From: Cenarchaeum sp.
GTDB taxonomy: Archaea > Thermoproteota > Nitrososphaeria > Nitrososphaerales > Nitrosopumilaceae
Direction of reading: 5' to 3'
Assembly: GCA_965242695.1 (NCBI GenBank)
Contig: CBDESU010000001.1
Span: 960,001 to 1,024,000 of the forward strand
Length of the DNA stretch: 64,000 nucleotides
Part shown: positions 61,301 to 64,000 of the stretch, piece by piece
Layout: every line of letters begins with the position of its first letter
Numbering within the stretch: position 1 is the stretch's first letter
The notes under the pieces: model-generated
Databases searched by the model: none
Seen by the model: the letters and a program-made list of their open reading frames with translations, nothing else
Told to the model about the DNA's origin: nothing
Position numbers and translations under genes: made by a program

Positions 61301-64000
61301 GCCGGGGCACGTGTTCGCAATCTCGTTGCGGTTTAGCGTGATATCGGCATCAACGCTGCGCCACGCTGACACCTCGACGACGTAGTCGTAGACGGTGCAC
61401 GCAATGTCGCGGAACGCGATGCCCTCGACGGCGGATCCCCCGTCGCGCACGAGCAGGTGCGATGCGCCGGTGAACACGACGCCGCCTGGCATCCCGGACG
61501 CCGACTTTATCGACAACGCCTTTTCGCCGAGGCTCAGGTCTACGTCGACGTACGTCCCGTCTGGTATGACGACGGTGGCGCCGTGGACCGCATCGGCGAC
61601 GAGCAGCTCGGGTATGGAGCGCGGCTTTGGATCCACGGTGTAGCCCATGCCACCCGATCCCGGCACCACGTGGACGGGCCCGAACTCTGTGCCGTGCTCG
61701 GCCGCGCCGGCGACGACTGCCGATCCCGTGCGGCCGTACAGCGGGGCGCTGGCGCCGGCAGATCCCGCGCCAGCGACAGGCACGTCCGTGCGGGCGGCGA
61801 TCTCGCCGGTCGCCGCATCGTACGCCACCAGCCCGAGGTACCGCCCGTCGTCGGGCCTTGCGACCGCGTAGAGCACTCCCGAATCGGCGTCGAGCTCGAT
61901 GTCGACGACGTCCCACTCGGGCTCTGCAAAGTGCCTGACGAGCTCGGGGTCGGGGCTTGCCGCGGACGCTGCGTACGACGAGATCGTTCCGTTGAACCAG
62001 TTCACGTACAGCATGCCGTTCGCCGCATCAATGGCCATGTCGCCGGCCGCAAAAGACTCGGCGCCGGCGGGCAGGATGGACGGGTTTGCGTGTATGTCCA
62101 GCGATCCGGCCCGCGTATAGTTTGGCGTGAACATGCCGTCCGCGCCGGTAAAGTTGAGTGCCACCAGGCCGTACGTCATGTCCAGCGTGCGGTTGTCGCC
62201 GTCGTCGGCCAGCGCGTACGCTGCCGCCGCGTATGCGATCCTGCCCGTAGTGTCGACTGCCATCGCGCTGATCCGCGCACCCTGCGCGAGAGACGCGCCG
62301 GCGTCCAAAGACGGGGCCTGCGCGTCCGGCATGCCGCCGTCCCCGAGCTGGACCGTCAGGATTCCCTCCAGGGTCGAGACGTACAGCCGCTTCCCGTCTG
62401 CATCGACTGCGAGGGCATCGTCGAGGCGCGGGTTCGTCTCCGAGCCGTCGTCCTGGCCGGCGATCTTGAGGATGATCCTGCCGTCAAGCACCTCGCCTGT
62501 CATGCCGTTGATCGTCAGTATGAACGCCTCGTCGTCGATCGCCGATGCGTTCTTGTGGTACCAGGGGGCCGGCCAGTCGTCGGTGCCCCTCGTGTCGTGC
62601 GCGAGCACGTACGCCATTCCGTCGCGCGTGTTGGCCGCAATGTCAAAGATGTACGTGTCGTTGTTGCCGATCCTGTGGGTCCCCACGGCCGAGAACCCGT
62701 CGCTTGCGTTCAGTATCGAGACGACGGACGGCGAGCCGGGCGAGGCGACGTACATCAGGCCTGCCGTCGCATCCATTGCCGCAAGCCTAGCGCCCGTGCC
62801 GCCCTCGGCCCCCAGCAGTGCCTGCGGCAGCGCGAACGTGCCGGTGGCCGAGTACGAGCAGTCCGCCGGCATGTCGCACGCTCCGTTGCCGACCAGCATC
62901 GGCACCATGACCTGGATGGCGCTCGAGCCGGCCAGCGACTCGTCCGAGCCAGGCCCGGGCAGTTCCAGAATTGCATTGTTCCTGACTATATCCGTTATAG
63001 TCCCGCCGTTGAGCCGAAGCGCGTCCGTCCCCGTATAGTCCAAGTCGCCCGACATGTCGCCGTATGTCGGATAGTATGCAAACACGAGCGTGTCGGTGTT
63101 GTCGCCGCGCACGTACACCGCCTGGCGGTCGGCCTCTCCCGTCTCGAGCGCAATGGTCGGCGTGCCGCCCGCAGTGCCGACGCGGACCGTCTCGTTGAAC
63201 ATGACCTGCACCTCGATGAGCTCGTTGATCCCGTACGTCCCGTCCGCCGAGTCGGACGCCACCCGCAACACGATCGGCTTTGCCGTGTCGGGCATTCCGA
63301 TCGTTATGCCCCTTGCGGACAGAGCGCCGGATGAATCCGTCGCCGGCAGGGTCAGATTGGCATGCGTGCCTGTGTTCATGTCGGTTATCATGCTGCCGTC
63401 GCCGGCTGCAAGCGACGACCTGTTCACGTAGTTGAGGCCGGCCGAGCTGTCGCCGTCGGCGACCGTGTAGCGGAACGTCAGGACGGACGCATCGTGCGAC
63501 CGCAGTGCAAGAGCCTTGTCCTCGGGGCCAGCGTCTATCGTAAGGGTCGGCGTGCCGGATACGGACACGGGCTTTGTGAATACAACCATGATGTCGATCG
63601 ACTGGCCGGCGACATAGCCGGTGCTCAGGTTGCCCGACGTTACGCGCAGGATGGACGGCGCGGCCTCGTCGCCTGGCGCCAGAGTGAACAGCGGCTCGTA
63701 CAGGACCGAGCCGGCGGGATCCTGCCCCGACGCAGGCGTCTCGGCCTTGAACAGGGAAGATTCCGGCTCGTACCCGGGATAGTAGTTGTACCGCGCGTCG
63801 AGTGCGCCGCGGACGCCGTTCTCTACGAGGCGGCTGTCGTTGTTGTCCATGTGCACCACATTCCAGTTGAACCGAATGTCCTGGCCGCCTAGTCCCAAGA
63901 TCGAATCGACGCCGGGCCCCCACATCGCGGCATACGGCTTGTTGCGCAGCGGCCCGCTAGTCGCAGTGTAGGCCTCGCACTCGGCGCCACACACTGAAAA
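58319..64000 (-). CDS. Giant surface protein 3 (5'-partial): Ig-like pair, beta-propeller, right-handed beta-helix, HLTxFG domain, CFI-box-CTERM
   Basis: Beta-helix rungs 'ITVANNTL', 'VSGNDIRN' and 'IAGNTI'; 'HTYHLTRFG'; 'AWDC...GQCTG'; GGCLIATAAHGTELAAQVQHLREIRD followed by a TM segment. Confidence 0.9.
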   Translation of the reverse strand, partial: FSVCGAECEAYTATSGPLRNKPYAAMWGPGVDSILGLGGQDIRFNWNVVHMDNNDSRLVENGVRGALDARYNYYPGYEPESSLFKAETPASGQDPAGSVLYEPLFTLAPGDEAAPSILRVTSGNLSTGYVAGQSIDIMVVFTKPVSVSGTPTLTIDAGPEDKALALRSHDASVLTFRYTVADGDSSAGLNYVNRSSLAAGDGSMITDMNTGTHANLTLPATDSSGALSARGITIGMPDTAKPIVLRVASDSADGTYGINELIEVQVMFNETVRVGTAGGTPTIALETGEADRQAVYVRGDNTDTLVFAYYPTYGDMSGDLDYTGTDALRLNGGTITDIVRNNAILELPGPGSDESLAGSSAIQVMVPMLVGNGACDMPADCSYSATGTFALPQALLGAEGGTGARLAAMDATAGLMYVASPGSPSVVSILNASDGFSAVGTHRIGNNDTYIFDIAANTRDGMAYVLAHDTRGTDDWPAPWYHKNASAIDDEAFILTINGMTGEVLDGRIILKIAGQDDGSETNPRLDDALAVDADGKRLYVSTLEGILTVQLGDGGMPDAQAPSLDAGASLAQGARISAMAVDTTGRIAYAAAAYALADDGDNRTLDMTYGLVALNFTGADGMFTPNYTRAGSLDIHANPSILPAGAESFAAGDMAIDAANGMLYVNWFNGTISSYAASAASPDPELVRHFAEPEWDVVDIELDADSGVLYAVARPDDGRYLGLVAYDAATGEIAARTDVPVAGAGSAGASAPLYGRTGSAVVAGAAEHGTEFGPVHVVPGSGGMGYTVDPKPRSIPELLVADAVHGATVVIPDGTYVDVDLSLGEKALSIKSASGMPGGVVFTGASHLLVRDGGSAVEGIAFRDIACTVYDYVVEVSAWRSVDADITLNRNEIANTCPGGIDIGGAADGRVERITVANNTLSGIGTYPVAAEPRAAIHTGQSPNSVQVSDARFLSNMIDGTSGTGIEIGQGRGVAVSGNDIRNTPGSAIVVGGGSDGVDIAGNTIAGANSEADFDYLSGVSGSLDAGYEAAILVKPGDGGALGPTDNVLASGNTISDSNGAFAICGDVCEVRGDAYDAPWGPGAANHAIGHPDGQDVRFNDNAVHENNTGVLVRNDAAGTLDARYNAYPGYAPDASRFAGGVQWLPLVPAAATASAQFTGPNTVVVAYSQPMGPPAGHGGPVYGMVTGPGGLAAESEADVRGLGTAMHTVTFGGPGVNRTQTGAIEVNADMEGATSDRTRYAFTGDSIPVGAGGVSSPSGPMPVVEITPQGFVREVDVTEAGGEARAAINVTALASAPLVADVAANTVVFPPEAVTIRSSFAVVTVPPNTTATYVPADGLLDMFASDMRPSAEAVADALGIDNAARVMVGGVYEIGDNRTHIAFDAPIRILLAGAPAGSEAFYVNNTNGAVVPITTECDDDETAAVAAQLDGAGECLLDVADGVAVHTYHLTRFGTAIVAGDSGTGIGDSEGIGDGDGADTTYTATSRLTANLVVPSAPPTVVDPVAVVQPQGQFFGGGGGGGGGGGGGGGGGRLLQGGGAVILYSAAWDCDEGTLRITVNSGITPDVSVLSSDGTVAAQRGDGPHPDGRVVYEAPLPSDPIMSIRAVAVDGRGVSTVSETVRTGGQCTGETVFRAYGEPAEEPRQPERDMEQEAPADPRPDAPADAMPGDEAAPADPRPDAPADAGDGQPVAPQEVEIPEPPAEPADPRPDAPADAGDGQPVAQDDMQPPAAPTGDDAADDSGGCLIATAAHGTELAAQVQHLREIRDGTVLSTASGASFMAAFNSAYYAFAPAVADLERENAAVRDAVRILLSPMLATLSIMALAEEGSEAHVLALGAAVIAANAAIYVAAPAVAGTVLGRRLPALLRRARSRDLAAAADAPWRTRKGAA
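58826..59035 (-). repeat. Three PADPRPDAPADA-coding repeats in the Pro-rich stalk
   Basis: gcatcggccggggcatccggccgcgg occurs three times. Confidence 0.85.

Noticed and set aside
1-64000. tRNA, rRNA, cas, integrase, reverse transcriptase or intact transposase genes
   Set aside because: None recognised by eye; tRNAscan-SE and Infernal were not run.

Overview
High-GC (about 70% by eye) archaeal window, most consistent with a Nitrosopumilaceae/Cenarchaeum-like thaumarchaeote and possibly an invertebrate (sponge) symbiont. This rests on thaumarchaeal-type purS-purQ-purL-purF, TATA boxes about 25 bp before apparently leaderless starts, and CFI-box-CTERM tails. Left to right: partial ImmA/IrrE peptidase; pur cluster; an Ala-rich helical ORF; an AAA_14/DUF4143 ATPase-nuclease broken by a 91-bp TA-flanked MITE; a 34-bp TATA-bearing tandem repeat; a type IIG-like restriction-methyltransferase; an ArsR-like regulator; two tandem ~5,200-aa surface proteins; a duplicated TPR + helical-protein unit with expanding repeats; small genes around a ~19% GC island with five related TCGA-type palindromes; two TPR paralogues; an expanded array of GPYS-motif antitoxin-like genes with divergent PIN nucleases; and the 3' part of a third giant surface protein. 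The best candidate new system is in the three giant CTERM-anchored proteins. All carry a Cys-bracketed domain ending in H-L-T-x-F-G, like the GAIN/GPS or ZU5 cis-autoproteolysis motif. The two complete ones also have variable His-rich tips whose predicted mature N-termini look like copper-binding motifs. All calls are from reading the sequence; no searches were run.
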